64,000 bases of DNA from Botryllus schlosseri (lineage: Eukaryota), in the NCBI GenBank assembly GCA_051294905.1, contig CM119371.1:32366001-32430000 (forward strand), written 5' to 3'. Made by a program: the position numbers and the translations under genes. The notes below the pieces were generated by a model that ran no database searches, was not told the origin of the DNA, and was given only the letters and a program-made list of their open reading frames with translations. Position 1 is the first letter of the stretch; every line of letters starts with the position of its first letter. Below are positions 47,831 through 58,638 of the stretch, one piece after another.

Positions 47831-50800
47831 TTAGACGGAGGCCTCGTGAGGGATCGCAACAATTTTCAACAGTGAATGCTAACTTCGAGTGTCAGAACCC
47901 TTTATTGCATGTGCGAGATTCGTTCTCAGGACAGATTTTCCTGGTCGATACAGGAGCATCCGTTTCTATTCTACCGACTTCAAGTAACGTTTTCAAGAGT
48001 AAACCAGGACCAAATCTGTACGCTACAAATGGATCGAAAATTGCGACGTTTGGAACGAGATATTTACGGATCGAGTTATCCGATAGACACAAGTATGGAT
48101 TTCGATTCTATATCGCCGATACACACATTGCCATATTGGGGGCTGATTTTATTGAGCGATTTTCTCTCGTCGTTGATTTGAGGAGCAATTGTCTGATTGA
48201 TACTGTTTCAGGAGGTTTCATTCCTGGCTGGAAGTGTAATCCAGTAGTTCGCGGTTTGAACTTTATAGCGCCTGATCACAATACGCCATATGTAGATCTT
48301 TTGTCGAGCTTCAGCGATATTACCATCCCACGGAATGCAGCAGGACGAGCTACTCACGGTACTGTACATCGAATTATTACTAATGGATGTCCCACTCGAT
48401 CTCGCTGTCGCCCATTGCCGCCCCATTTGAAACAGAAGGTGAAGAATCGATTGCAAGAGATGTTGAAGTCCGGTGTAATCATTCGCTCAAAATCGCCTTT
48501 TGCCTCTCCCATTACTGTCGTACCAAAGGGGTTAGACGATATTAGAATCTGTGTCGACTATAGGAAATTAAACAATCAAACGGTCAAGGATCGCTGGCCT
48601 GTCCCATTTTTGCGTGATTTTACCAATGACCTGTCGAACTGTAATGTTTTTAGCAAAGTTGACTTAGCGAAGGCGTACCATCAAATCCCTCTTCATCCGG
48701 ACGATCAAGAGAAGGCTGCTTTTATTTGTCCCGAAGGTCTATTCCAGCCAACGACGATGATGTTCAGCTTGACCAACGCTTGTAGTACTTTTAGTCGTTT
48801 TATATCTGAAGTAACCGAAGGACTGGACAATATATTTGTGTTTTTAGACGACATTTTAATTGCGACTCGTACTGAAGAAGAGCACATGGCAACATTGACG
48901 AAGTTGTTTTCAAGGTTTCGGAAGTTCGGACTGGTCATAAATGTTGATAAGTGCAGTTTCGGTAAGGAAGAAATCGAATTTTTAGGTCACCTTGTTAATG
49001 CAAGGGGAATTAGTCCCTTGCCATCAAAGGTAGAAGTAATCTCTAACTATCCTCGTCCCGAAAATGTGAAACAACTACGTTCATTCCTTGGACTAGTCTG
49101 CTATTACCACCGTTTTGTCAAAAACTGTGCCGAGATTTTGAAGCCACTGTATGACGTGGCCAATGCAGCATCGAATAAGCGTGATCGTGTCAAATGGACA
49201 GATAGTGCTAACACAGCTTTCGAACGCATCAAGACCGAACTGTCCGATAATGTCATATTATCCCACCCGATTCACGATGCTGAACTGTCACTCGTGGTTG
49301 ACGCTAGTCAAGTCGGAATTGGAGCTGTTTTGCAACAGAAAAGTGATGATTCGTGGTTACCCTTGGCTTTCTTCTCGAAAACCTTGAACCCGACACAACG
49401 CAAGTACTCCGCATTTGATCGCGAGCTTTTAGCGGCTTATTCGGCAATCAAGCATTTTCATGTCCAGCTAAAGGGTAGGAAATTTCAACTGATTACCGAT
49501 AATGACGGCCTTGTAAAATCGTTAAGGAATCCGACCGACAGACTTCTGGATCGTCAAGCAAGACAGTTGGAATTCATCACGGAAAATACCGACGACGTCA
49601 GACACATCAAGGGGAATCTGAACACAGCTGCGGATACTCTCTCAAGACTCGAGGTGAACGCGATTTTTCCGAACACCGTTCCCGTCACAGCGGAAGCATT
49701 ACTACAAGCCCAGAAAGATGATGATGAGCTCAAAGAACTCCTCGCTAACGCTGGTGACCATTCGTTGGATCTCGCGGAAGTACATTTCGAAGAGTTGAAC
49801 GATCCTATCATCTTCGACAAATCGTTACCTGGTAGAGAACGTCCCTACGTTCCTGCGCCGCTTCGAGATACTGTAATGCAAAGTGTGCATGATATTTCGC
49901 ACCCCGGTATACGCGCGACCACTAAATTGATAGCTGAACGTTATGTATGGCCTGGTATGAAACGACATGTGAACAAGTTCGTGCGTCATTGTCAGCAGTG
50001 TCAACGATCGAAGATTCATAGGCATACTCGAACTCCAATCAATAACCTTCCCGTCCCTTCCGAACGCTTTCACACGGTTAACGTGGACATATTGTCACTC
50101 CCGAATAGTTGCGGTTACTCGTATATTCTGATGTGTGTTGATCGCTATACTCGCTGGCCTGTATGTGTTCCCATGATGGACATTCGTGCTCAATCTATTA
50201 TTGATGCGTTTAGTTTTGGCTGGGTGTCGAATTTCGGCTCACCCCGTAAAGTAATAACCGACCGAGGAAGTCAGTTTACCTCGCTGGAATGGACTCGGTA
50301 TATGCAATTCTTATGTATTTTCCATATCACAACCTTGGCGTATAAGCCGGAGCAAAATTCTCTTGTCGAACGCTATAACAGAACTTTGAAAGCCTCCCTT
50401 CGCGCATTAGAAAGTCCTCATAATTGGTATCATCATTTAGGCTTAATTGTTTTAGGGCTGCGATGTTCTGTCAAGGAAGATCTCGGTTATTCACCAGCAG
50501 AGCTTGTGTATGGCACTTGCCTTCGATTACCCGGTCAATTAGTCAATCCCTCTTCCAGTGGTAATAACGCTAATGATTTCAACTACGTCGGTGAATTGAA
50601 ACGCTTTTTCTCAGCCTTGGGTGAGATGCCGACTAAGTTTCATTTGAATCAAAAATCTTATGTCCCAAACGATTTGAATAATTGCACGCACGTTTTCTTG
50701 CGGATAGATGGTCATCGTAGATCACTCGATCCGGTTTATTCTGGACCACATCAAGTTTTAAAACGCACTAGTAAATGTTTCACAATTCAAACGAATAAGG

Positions 50801-50988
50801 GTCCGTATGACGCCTCAACCGACAGGCTTATACCTGGCAGACTTCCCATCGAGCGTCTCGACGAATTGACGCCACCGCAAGTTGACACTTCGCGAACAAA
50901 CTCTGTGTCGGCCAGTGGCCGTATTACTCGTACTCCACATCACTTGAATGATTTTGTGTTGTCACCAGTATTTAATATGGATATTTAG
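47752..50988 (+). CDS. Gypsy Pol (protease, RT, RNase H, integrase) with the Gag C-terminal knuckle in frame
   Basis: FLVDTGASVS; RICVDYRKLN, DLAKAYHQI, FLDDILI; VDASQVGIGAVL, DRELLA; H..SHPG/CQQC, VDRYTRW, TDRGSQF, ERYNRTLK. Some conserved residues are altered (MMFSL, TDN). Confidence 0.93.
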   Translation: MCFYHDKFGDRARNCRPSCSYSSNRPFRRRPREGSQQFSTVNANFECQNPLLHVRDSFSGQIFLVDTGASVSILPTSSNVFKSKPGPNLYATNGSKIATFGTRYLRIELSDRHKYGFRFYIADTHIAILGADFIERFSLVVDLRSNCLIDTVSGGFIPGWKCNPVVRGLNFIAPDHNTPYVDLLSSFSDITIPRNAAGRATHGTVHRIITNGCPTRSRCRPLPPHLKQKVKNRLQEMLKSGVIIRSKSPFASPITVVPKGLDDIRICVDYRKLNNQTVKDRWPVPFLRDFTNDLSNCNVFSKVDLAKAYHQIPLHPDDQEKAAFICPEGLFQPTTMMFSLTNACSTFSRFISEVTEGLDNIFVFLDDILIATRTEEEHMATLTKLFSRFRKFGLVINVDKCSFGKEEIEFLGHLVNARGISPLPSKVEVISNYPRPENVKQLRSFLGLVCYYHRFVKNCAEILKPLYDVANAASNKRDRVKWTDSANTAFERIKTELSDNVILSHPIHDAELSLVVDASQVGIGAVLQQKSDDSWLPLAFFSKTLNPTQRKYSAFDRELLAAYSAIKHFHVQLKGRKFQLITDNDGLVKSLRNPTDRLLDRQARQLEFITENTDDVRHIKGNLNTAADTLSRLEVNAIFPNTVPVTAEALLQAQKDDDELKELLANAGDHSLDLAEVHFEELNDPIIFDKSLPGRERPYVPAPLRDTVMQSVHDISHPGIRATTKLIAERYVWPGMKRHVNKFVRHCQQCQRSKIHRHTRTPINNLPVPSERFHTVNVDILSLPNSCGYSYILMCVDRYTRWPVCVPMMDIRAQSIIDAFSFGWVSNFGSPRKVITDRGSQFTSLEWTRYMQFLCIFHITTLAYKPEQNSLVERYNRTLKASLRALESPHNWYHHLGLIVLGLRCSVKEDLGYSPAELVYGTCLRLPGQLVNPSSSGNNANDFNYVGELKRFFSALGEMPTKFHLNQKSYVPNDLNNCTHVFLRIDGHRRSLDPVYSGPHQVLKRTSKCFTIQTNKGPYDASTDRLIPGRLPIERLDELTPPQVDTSRTNSVSASGRITRTPHHLNDFVLSPVFNMDI

Positions 50989-51312
50989 TGTGTTACTCGT
51001 TCACTTTTCCGCCATCACTTGTATTTTTTCGCAACAGGCTCCTTCATCTCCTGTATGTTCTATAAATCGTTTCTTGAGCCTTTCACATTGTAAAGTGCAT
51101 CATTATCGCTAAACGAAAAATTGTGTCGTTTATAGCTTTACCACCACGCCCATCTCACTTTCATTAGTCGTTAGAACATTTAGAATTGAACTCGTATTCG
51201 AAACCTAAACTGTAATCACTACCTTGTCATGCTGGTAGTGTCCTTCATTCGTATATACTTGAATCGCCGACTGATGTAGTGTCCATATTATATCCTAAAG
51301 CTTTTACCAACC

Positions 51313-51323
51313 AGGGGGGCCCT
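51313..51323 (+). promoter_or_regulatory. Gypsy polypurine tract
   Basis: AGGGGGG run shortly before the 3' LTR. Confidence 0.6.
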
Positions 51324-51587
51324 TGTAGCGTACCGCTCCATGATTAACCTATAATTACCCTCGCTGATCACTGATTATGTTGGACCCATGTGTGCCAGTC
51401 GATTTTAGTCGCCGTCCGGGTCAGTTGCTTTTAGTCACCGTCCGAGCCAGTCGTCTTTTAGTCCCCGTCGGACGAGCATATCGTCATGTTTTAGTTGTTT
51501 TAATAAAAGAGCAATGCTGACTAGTCTACTTTGACTTATCGAGCCGCGGACCAAGAAGAACGCGCGCCCACGACAGAGCACGCTATA
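51324..51587 (+). repeat. Gypsy 3' LTR (264 bp)
   Basis: TGTAGCGT...ACGCTATA followed by the TSD CGTG. Confidence 0.93.
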
Positions 51588-52182
51588 CGTGTCTGACACG
51601 GGTTTTCCAGTTGTTCGGTAACTATTTTTTAAAATATTTTTTGCACCTAGCACAATAACTAGAACTATACTCACTTTTCGAAAATCCGCAACTAGAATTC
51701 AGTGTTGGGATGACTCAAGTCATGACTTGACTCGGGGCCCAGAAATGTGGATTGACTTGTGACTCGAAGCAAAATTTACGGGTCAATTTCAAGTCATCAC
51801 CAAGCGGTGTCGATTAAATCACCCCATCTTATCTATGTTCGGATTGTTCGCGATATGCCGGTGTCACTTGTGAGAGGAGTGTTAGTCATTCACTGCTTGC
51901 ATTTTTCACTGATCTTTCATTGTTATATCACAAATTAATTTGACCGCAAACGAAACGAGCACAGCTTACGTCGTCGTAGTAGTAGTAGTACATTTCTGTA
52001 ATAGCACGTACCTTTGTTTCTTAGACGACTCAATGCTTACATTGCGCAGTGCTCACGTTTGCCAACCCTCTTGTATCGAACGAACATAGTTTATGCGTTT
52101 TTATTCTCACGTATGTGTATAGTGTAGTACGAGTACTATATAGTACCATATCAATTTGTTGGTCTGGTATTTATTTTGGACT

Positions 52183-53822
52183 TCCGGCAGTCGACGAGCA
52201 TGTCCACATTCAAGTCGAAATACAAGCAATTACTTCTAAATAAATACTAGTCCATCCTCAAGATTACCGGACCACGACTGACCTATCGATCTCGCTTCCC
52301 ATGACATGCCGACCTATTTCTTGTCGCTATGCCTTCTTCTATACCAGGGGTCACCAACCTGGTGCCCGCGGGCACCAGGTAGCCCGTGAGCCTGCTCTAA
52401 AATAGATCGAATAGCAGCATTTGCCAATATTCGTCAGATTATCACCAGTGAGCTTTTAAATATGTAAATTGAGTGATTTAGCTATTCTTGTTTAAATCAA
52501 ACTATAACATGTGACTTAGAAATGACAATATATATAAACACTTAAAATGATGATATAAAATATCCTCAATTAAAATTAGTAATATACCAACATGTAATAG
52601 AATAACAAGAGATCGAAGACGTAGAGTACGGCGTGGGCTACTGCTCAGTGCTCATACATGCGATATGACGGCATGCCATCCACGGTCTTCTTGAAATGGT
52701 GGGGGCTCAGTTATGGTAGCCCGACGTCCCGGACAATGCCAAAGTAGTAAACAACATTATTATCCGGTAGCAGATAGCGGTGACGTAGCCTATACTAGCA
52801 GATGCAGTATGCCCATTAGGCTACGTATTGCATCTTTTGACACAGCTTGTCTCTCTTACACTCAACGCAGTTTATAGTAGGCCTACCATGTTTCTAATTT
52901 TCTTTAATCGATGCTGCTGTCAGGTATAATGAAATCTGTCATGCCTGGATGCTGAACAGTCCGAGATTGAAATTGTACCACTGCAAAATCACCTCCACCT
53001 CAAAGCCCACAAGGCTGCAACTATTGGTGCCTTCCTGACACGGAAAAGTACAGTGGTGAATGCACATTGCGCACTTGCTCAGCAGCGAAGAAGGTTGCAA
53101 GCCTGTTTGGTTCAACTTATCGTTGTGTATCAGCCTTTGCGGACACGACATTGATCATCAAAACAAACACAGAACACGCCTCACTAATGCACATTGCACA
53201 TCTGCAACACTCACTCAGAGTTGCAGTGTAAGTTACATACCAGAGTACAGCGCACTAGTTGATAGCATTCAATGACAGGCCTCGCACTGACTGGTATAGA
53301 AACAGATAACACGATGTCCAGTCAAACGTATGACGTGATTTATTTGAAAATCTGAGCTTACAGTTGTTATATAATAATTTATATAAACACGGTGCGAAGT
53401 AATTCGTGATTTCTTAAAAAGTCTTATGTGGCTAGCTGGTTGAAATGAGATGTTTTGAATTGAAAGAATCCCTTAGAAGTCTTACCGCTATGCAATACCT
53501 GCCCAATGCTATGAATATCAAAGCGGAAATTCCGTCTGATACGGGTAAACGGCGGGAGTAAATGGTAGCCCGTCGCTTCAATCAGTACCCAAAAGTAGCC
53601 CTTGGTTGCAAGAAGGTTGGTGACCCCTGTTCTATACTATCTTCTTTACTTTCATTCAGTGTGCATGCCTCCTCTTTACATCGCCTATAGGTCAAGGTGG
53701 GTGTCTGATTCCATATAGACAACTCCTGGTCGCTTCGACATCTTCCTTTCTTTTCATTGTATCGCATTTGTTGTGGTGTATTGAACTGATAAAATTGCTA
53801 ATAAACCAATGATGATGATGAA
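52183..53822 (+). mobile_element. 3' fragment of the CR1/L2-type LINE, split by a hAT element
   Basis: 52183-52344 plus 53638-53822 closely match 56448-56791, including the (ATG)n tail. Confidence 0.88.
52345..53629. mobile_element. Non-autonomous hAT (Charlie-like) element
   Basis: 16-bp TIRs CAGGGGTCACCAACCT / AGGTTGGTGACCCCTG and perfect 8-bp TSD TTCTATAC (52337-52344, 53630-53637). Confidence 0.93.
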
Positions 53823-54445
53823 GTGTTACTGACTGACAGTTGCATGATATAAATGTACCATCGTTACGCCTTGACTATACAGCTGACTTGAAGACTACAC
53901 ATCTATCGTATCGCTGTGTTTGTCTTTTCTTACTTATTTGTGTTAACTCTCATCGTACGAATAAAGAATCTGTCTGTCTGTCTGTCTGTCTGCAACTTCT
54001 TTTTCATGTATATTTAGCTTTATATACGTTATTAGATTCAAGATAAATGGCCAATTAATCTGTCTTCCGCCCAGAAAGATGTAATGACTTTGTTTCATCA
54101 CTCATACTTCGAAAATTCAATTTGACTTGAATCGTGACTTGACTCGTGACTTGGACTCGACTTGACTCGAGTTATCTCTAAAAAAACGAGTGACTTGACT
54201 TGACTCGAGTCACCTTCGAAAATCGATTGACTCGACTTGACTCGAGTCAAAATCTGCAATGACTCGTGACTCGAAGGTAGTGACTTGATCCCAACACTGC
54301 AAAAATTACACTAATAATTTGTAGTTGGTTTACCGTCAACTATAAAACCAGATTAGCGGGTGTCTAATTTCAAAGACTTTCGACACCCGCCTTCTATCTT
54401 ATCATTGTATCGCAATTTCGTGGTGTTTTGAAATGATATGAACAT

Positions 54446-56791
54446 ACTGCTAATCTGACATTGCTACTTATTTTCACAGGCCTGAAATTTGAATATTAGA
54501 CACCAAGAACTGCCCAGAAGATGAACGAGAAAGATTTCGACGTTTCAAGAATCGCACCGTGCATCTCATTTCCAAGGCAAACTGCTAATCTGACATTGCT
54601 ACTTATTTTCACAGGCCTGAAATTTGAATATTAGACACCAAGAACTGCCCAGAAGATGAACGAGAAAGATTTCGACGTTTCAAGAATCGCACCGTGCATC
54701 TCATTTCCAAGGCAAAAGCAAAGTACAATGAGAGATTTTTCAACAGACACATAAAGGACACTCGAAAAGCATGGTCAGGACTTAACTCTCTCCTACATCG
54801 AAAAAAAGGCCATAATTCAGTTTCGGAAATTGTGAATTCGGATACCGGAAACAAACTTTCAGACCCGGCGGCCATCGCGAATCACTTCAATGAATATTTT
54901 TGTAACGTAGGCCCAAATATTGCTTCTTCTATTACAAAACCTGTGTCGGCCAGGTCAGAGGTGAGATCGATATCCCAGTCAATTGTGCTTGAACCTACGA
55001 CCAAATACGAAGTAGAAGTAGCCATCCACAAACTGAAATCGCACAAGGCCGACGGCTATGACCAAATCCCATCATGGTTTTTAAAAATGATAAGCATGCA
55101 TATCGGTCAATATATGGCCCAGTTTTTCAACTTCATGATAGAAAATGGAGTCTACCCAAGCTATCTAAAAAAAGCCAGAGTAGTCCCTGTACACAAAGCT
55201 GGGGATAGAACTAATGTCACCAACTACCGTCCGATATCCGTTCTCCCATGCATCGGGGTTGTATTCGAAAAGTTGCTCCTCTCCCGCCTGTCCTCATTCC
55301 TCGCCAAAATGTCTGTCATTTCCCCTCAACAATTTGGCTTCCGAAACAAACACCAAACCGCACATGCCCTCCTAACAGTGGCCGAACAGTATTATGATAT
55401 CTCAGAGAAGCGAAATGTGGGATGTAGCATTTTTCTCGATCTAAAAAAAGCGTTTGACTGCGTAGATCATAAAATTCTCATCTCGAAATTGGCGCGTTAC
55501 GGACTTCGGGGCCCACAACTTGAGCTCATGAAAAGTTACCTCACTGGACGCCAACAAATGGTTGCGATCTCAGACACCTTGTCCTCTCCTCACCTGGTGA
55601 CCTGTGGTGTGCCCCAAGGCTCAGTACTTGGACCGGTCCTTTTCACCTTATATGTCAACGACATTTTTGAAACCTCCTCATTGAACACCACACTGTTCGC
55701 TGATGATACTCACCTCCTCTCTTCCGCATCTTCGACGGCAGAGCTGGATGCCCTGACTGGTGACCAAATGCCCAAAGTCCATGAGTGGACGGCCCAGAAC
55801 AACCTTTGCATAAACGCCTCGAAATCGCAATTGCTGACAGTAAATTCAAAAAATAACCTAACCGTTAATATCGCTGGTCAGCCCGTTTCCAACACAGATA
55901 TAATGCCAAATATCTCGGGGTTTTACTGGACTCGAACATGTCCTGGAAGAGTCATATTCAGTCCCTAGAAACTAAATTATCACCGAAGTGCGGCCTGTTC
56001 TACAGCCTTAGGCGCTTCATGCCAGCATGGGTTCTTCTGATACTCTTTAAATCCTTAATCCAATCGAAGTTACACTATGGCATCCTCTTTTGGGGGGCTG
56101 CCAGTAAAACTGCACTCAAGCCACTGCAAAAACTACAACATAAAGTACTCCGAATCATAGCTAGGGCCCCAAAGGGGCCTGGCTGCCCATCCAACAAGTC
56201 GCTGCTGAAGAGATTCGGCGTCCTAAACATAGAAGATATGCGGAAACTAGAAATCGCCAAGTTTATGTATCAGTTCCACTGCGGTCGTTGCCCCGAATAT
56301 TTCAATGACTTCTTTACCTCGGAATCAAAAGCGCACAAGTACAACACACGCGCGTCCACGTCGTCCAAATATCATATGATCGACCGAAAAGATCATCGCT
56401 CTATCAAATATGCCGGACGTGATGTGTGGAACAGTATCCCGCCGGCCATCCGACAGTCGACGAGCATGTCCACATTCAAGTCGAAATACAAGCAATTACT
56501 ACTAAATAAATACAGTCCATCCTCAAAATTACCGGACCACGACTGACCTATCGATCTCGCTTCCCATGACATGCCGCCCTATTTATTGTCGCTTTCTTTT
56601 TCTATACTATTATCTTCTTTACTTTCTTTCAGTGTGCATGCCTCCTCTTTACATCGCCTAGGCCAAGGTGGGTGTCAGATTCCATAGACTACTCTTTGTC
56701 GCTTCGACATCTTCCTGTCTTTTCATTGTATCGCATTTTTTGTGGTGTATTGAACTGATAAAATTGCTAATAAACCAATGATGATGATGAA
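54446..56791 (+). mobile_element. 5'-truncated CR1/L2-group LINE with (ATG)n tail and a 135-bp tandem duplication at its 5' junction
   Basis: RT ORF, 3' UTR, AATAAA then ATGATGATGATG; 54446-54580 is repeated at 54581-54715. Confidence 0.9.
54694..56546 (+). pseudogene. LINE reverse transcriptase, 5'-truncated, one frameshift near 55900
   Basis: NYRPISVL, QQFGFR, DLKKAFD, GVPQGSVLGP, FADD; after the shift AKYLGVLLD...HKYNTR...VWNSIP...FKSK. Confidence 0.9.
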
Positions 56792-57061
56792 ATTAAAACC
56801 GAAGAGATCTTATTTTAATGCTAAAGAGGAGGTGTTTTATTTATATTTGCCTATTACATTCGCCTCTCGAGAGCTGAAACGGGATTTATTCCCCTACTTC
56901 CCATCAAATCGTTCGGCTTTTGCGTGGATATTTCAGACTTTGTGTGCCTTTCGTAGCTTTGCAGACTGCAGGCGTTCTCAAACTCTTTACAGCGCGACTC
57001 GAATCAAGTTTTATTATCGTCTCGCATCACAAGCCTCACATATGTCGTAAGTTCGTTCCTT

Positions 57062-57651
57062 TATAGAAATTAAACATGGAACGGCAACGACCGATTTTGC
57101 AGCTTCGTTCCGCTCCGCCGAGGCTGGAGTGGAGAGTGGTTTTGCGTAAGCGACTGTAGGATTTCTGGCAATCCAAAAGCTATCTTCCCGAGCACAGAAA
57201 TTATTAAATATGGTCTTGATCGAAAGCCACTGTTGCACCGATTCCGAAAATATAAATTAAAATAATGATCAGGCACTGATCCACCTAGAATCCGTCCTCA
57301 AAGTCGAAATATCGGCATTGTTCGAACAATCGGAGAGTCGCAACGGGTCATTGTTACGGTCATTGTGTTGCGGTTACCCGATTGTTCTGAACAATGCCGA
57401 TATTTCAGACTTGGAGGACAGATTCTAGGTGGATCAGTGCCTGATCATTATTTAAATTTATATTTTCGGAATCGGTGCAACAGTAGCTTTCGATCAAGAC
57501 CAGATTCAATAATTTCGGGGCTCGGGAAGATAGCTTTTGGATTGACAGAAATCCTACAGTCGCTTACGCAAAACCAATCTCCTCTCCAGCCTCTGCGAAG
57601 CGGAACGAAGCTGCAAAATCGGTCGTTGCCGTTCCATGTTTAATTTCTATA
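57062..57651. mobile_element. Palindromic MITE (P-superfamily-like) with ~285-bp arms
   Basis: Termini TATAGAAATTAAACATGGAACGG and its reverse complement; 7-bp TSD GTTCCTT (57055-57061, 57652-57658). Confidence 0.9.
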
Positions 57652-58132
57652 GTTCCTTCGTTCGTTTCGATACATAACACCTAAACGCCACAAGATTACA
57701 ATAGAATGAAAAGATATACAGAAAAGTGTCGAAACGTCTTGGAGTAGACTTTCAATCAGACCTTGACCTTGACTTTGTAAATAAGAAACATTCACACCGA
57801 ATAAAAAAGTAACAGCAGATAACATGAAAGGATAAGCCATGGAAATCAAGTAGCATATTATGTGACAACAGGCAAAATCGATATGTAGGTCGTGGCTCGT
57901 GGTCAAATGGTCATGGTCAACGAATCTCGAGCGCCTACTAGTGTTTATTCAAGAGGCGGCCATCAATTTTGGCCAAATGGCCTCATGCGGTTTACGAGTG
58001 ATCTAGCGGGACTCTTGCACTGTGATGACCTGTTTTAGTCAATATGTCCGCGAAAGTGGGTCCCCCATTTTAGCCAGCAGCATCCTAAATTTCGCAGTCA
58101 GGCTTGCTCATAATTTTTGACAGTCCTTATTG

Positions 58133-58387
58133 CGTCGCAGTGGAATCAAAGTATCTTATGTCCATTTGACACATTTTGGGAAAATTAACTTTGAGTGAAG
58201 TTTTCATCTTCTTTCAGCCATATATTGGCCCCGATTAACTTTGATATACTGAGACAGACATAACCATGGCTAAGATATGCCCAAAAGAAATACAAAAATC
58301 TTCGAAAAGTCGATTTTGTTCAAGTTTACAAAAGGGAGCTTCAAAATTTTGAAACTGGACATAAGATACTTTGATTCCACTGCGACG
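58133..58387. mobile_element. 255-bp MITE with 4-bp TSD (possibly Sola-type)
   Basis: Perfect 32-bp TIRs CGTCGCAGTGGAATCAAAGTATCTTATGTCCA; TSD ATTG (58129-58132, 58388-58391). Confidence 0.85.
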
Positions 58388-58638
58388 ATTGATCCAAGTC
58401 ACGAGCGTGTGGTTGGCAAAGTAAGCGTACACATGGTTCACGACTCACGAGACACCGGTGATAGGAGGTGTTTGTTTTAAGAATGATTGTAGCAGCACTC
58501 TGCTTGCCCCAGGTCTCCATCGCTTTACGACAGGGCTTCTTAAATTTTATCGAGCGCGAACCTTGAATATAGTGGGGTGTGTTGACCCTCGTATTCTGAC
58601 CTAGTCCAAGAGAATCTTTGAACTGTAAAACTACCGTA

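Larger units (their letters stand above)
25732..51587 (+). mobile_element. Ty3/Gypsy LTR retrotransposon (CsRn1/Kabuki-like), interrupted by an ~18.5 kb insertion block
   Basis: Paired LTRs, 4-bp TSD CGTG (25728-25731, 51588-51591), tRNA-Trp PBS, CHCC-type Gag motif CFYHDKFGDRARNCRPSC, PR-RT-RH-IN order, PPT before the 3' LTR. Confidence 0.93.
51700..54299. mobile_element. Non-autonomous hAT-like element with GACTCG subterminal repeats, carrying nested insertions
   Basis: TIRs CAGTGTTGGGAT / ATCCCAACACTG, degenerate 8-bp flanks CTAGAATT / CAAAAATT; splits an (AACTAG)n-family copy. Confidence 0.65.

Noticed and set aside
53542..53561. rRNA gene
   Set aside because: Only a 20-nt match; the flanks are hAT sequence, so it is reported as a motif and not as an rRNA feature.
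57070..57643. Paired ORFs on opposite strands with near-identical peptides
   Set aside because: They are a consequence of the palindromic MITE.
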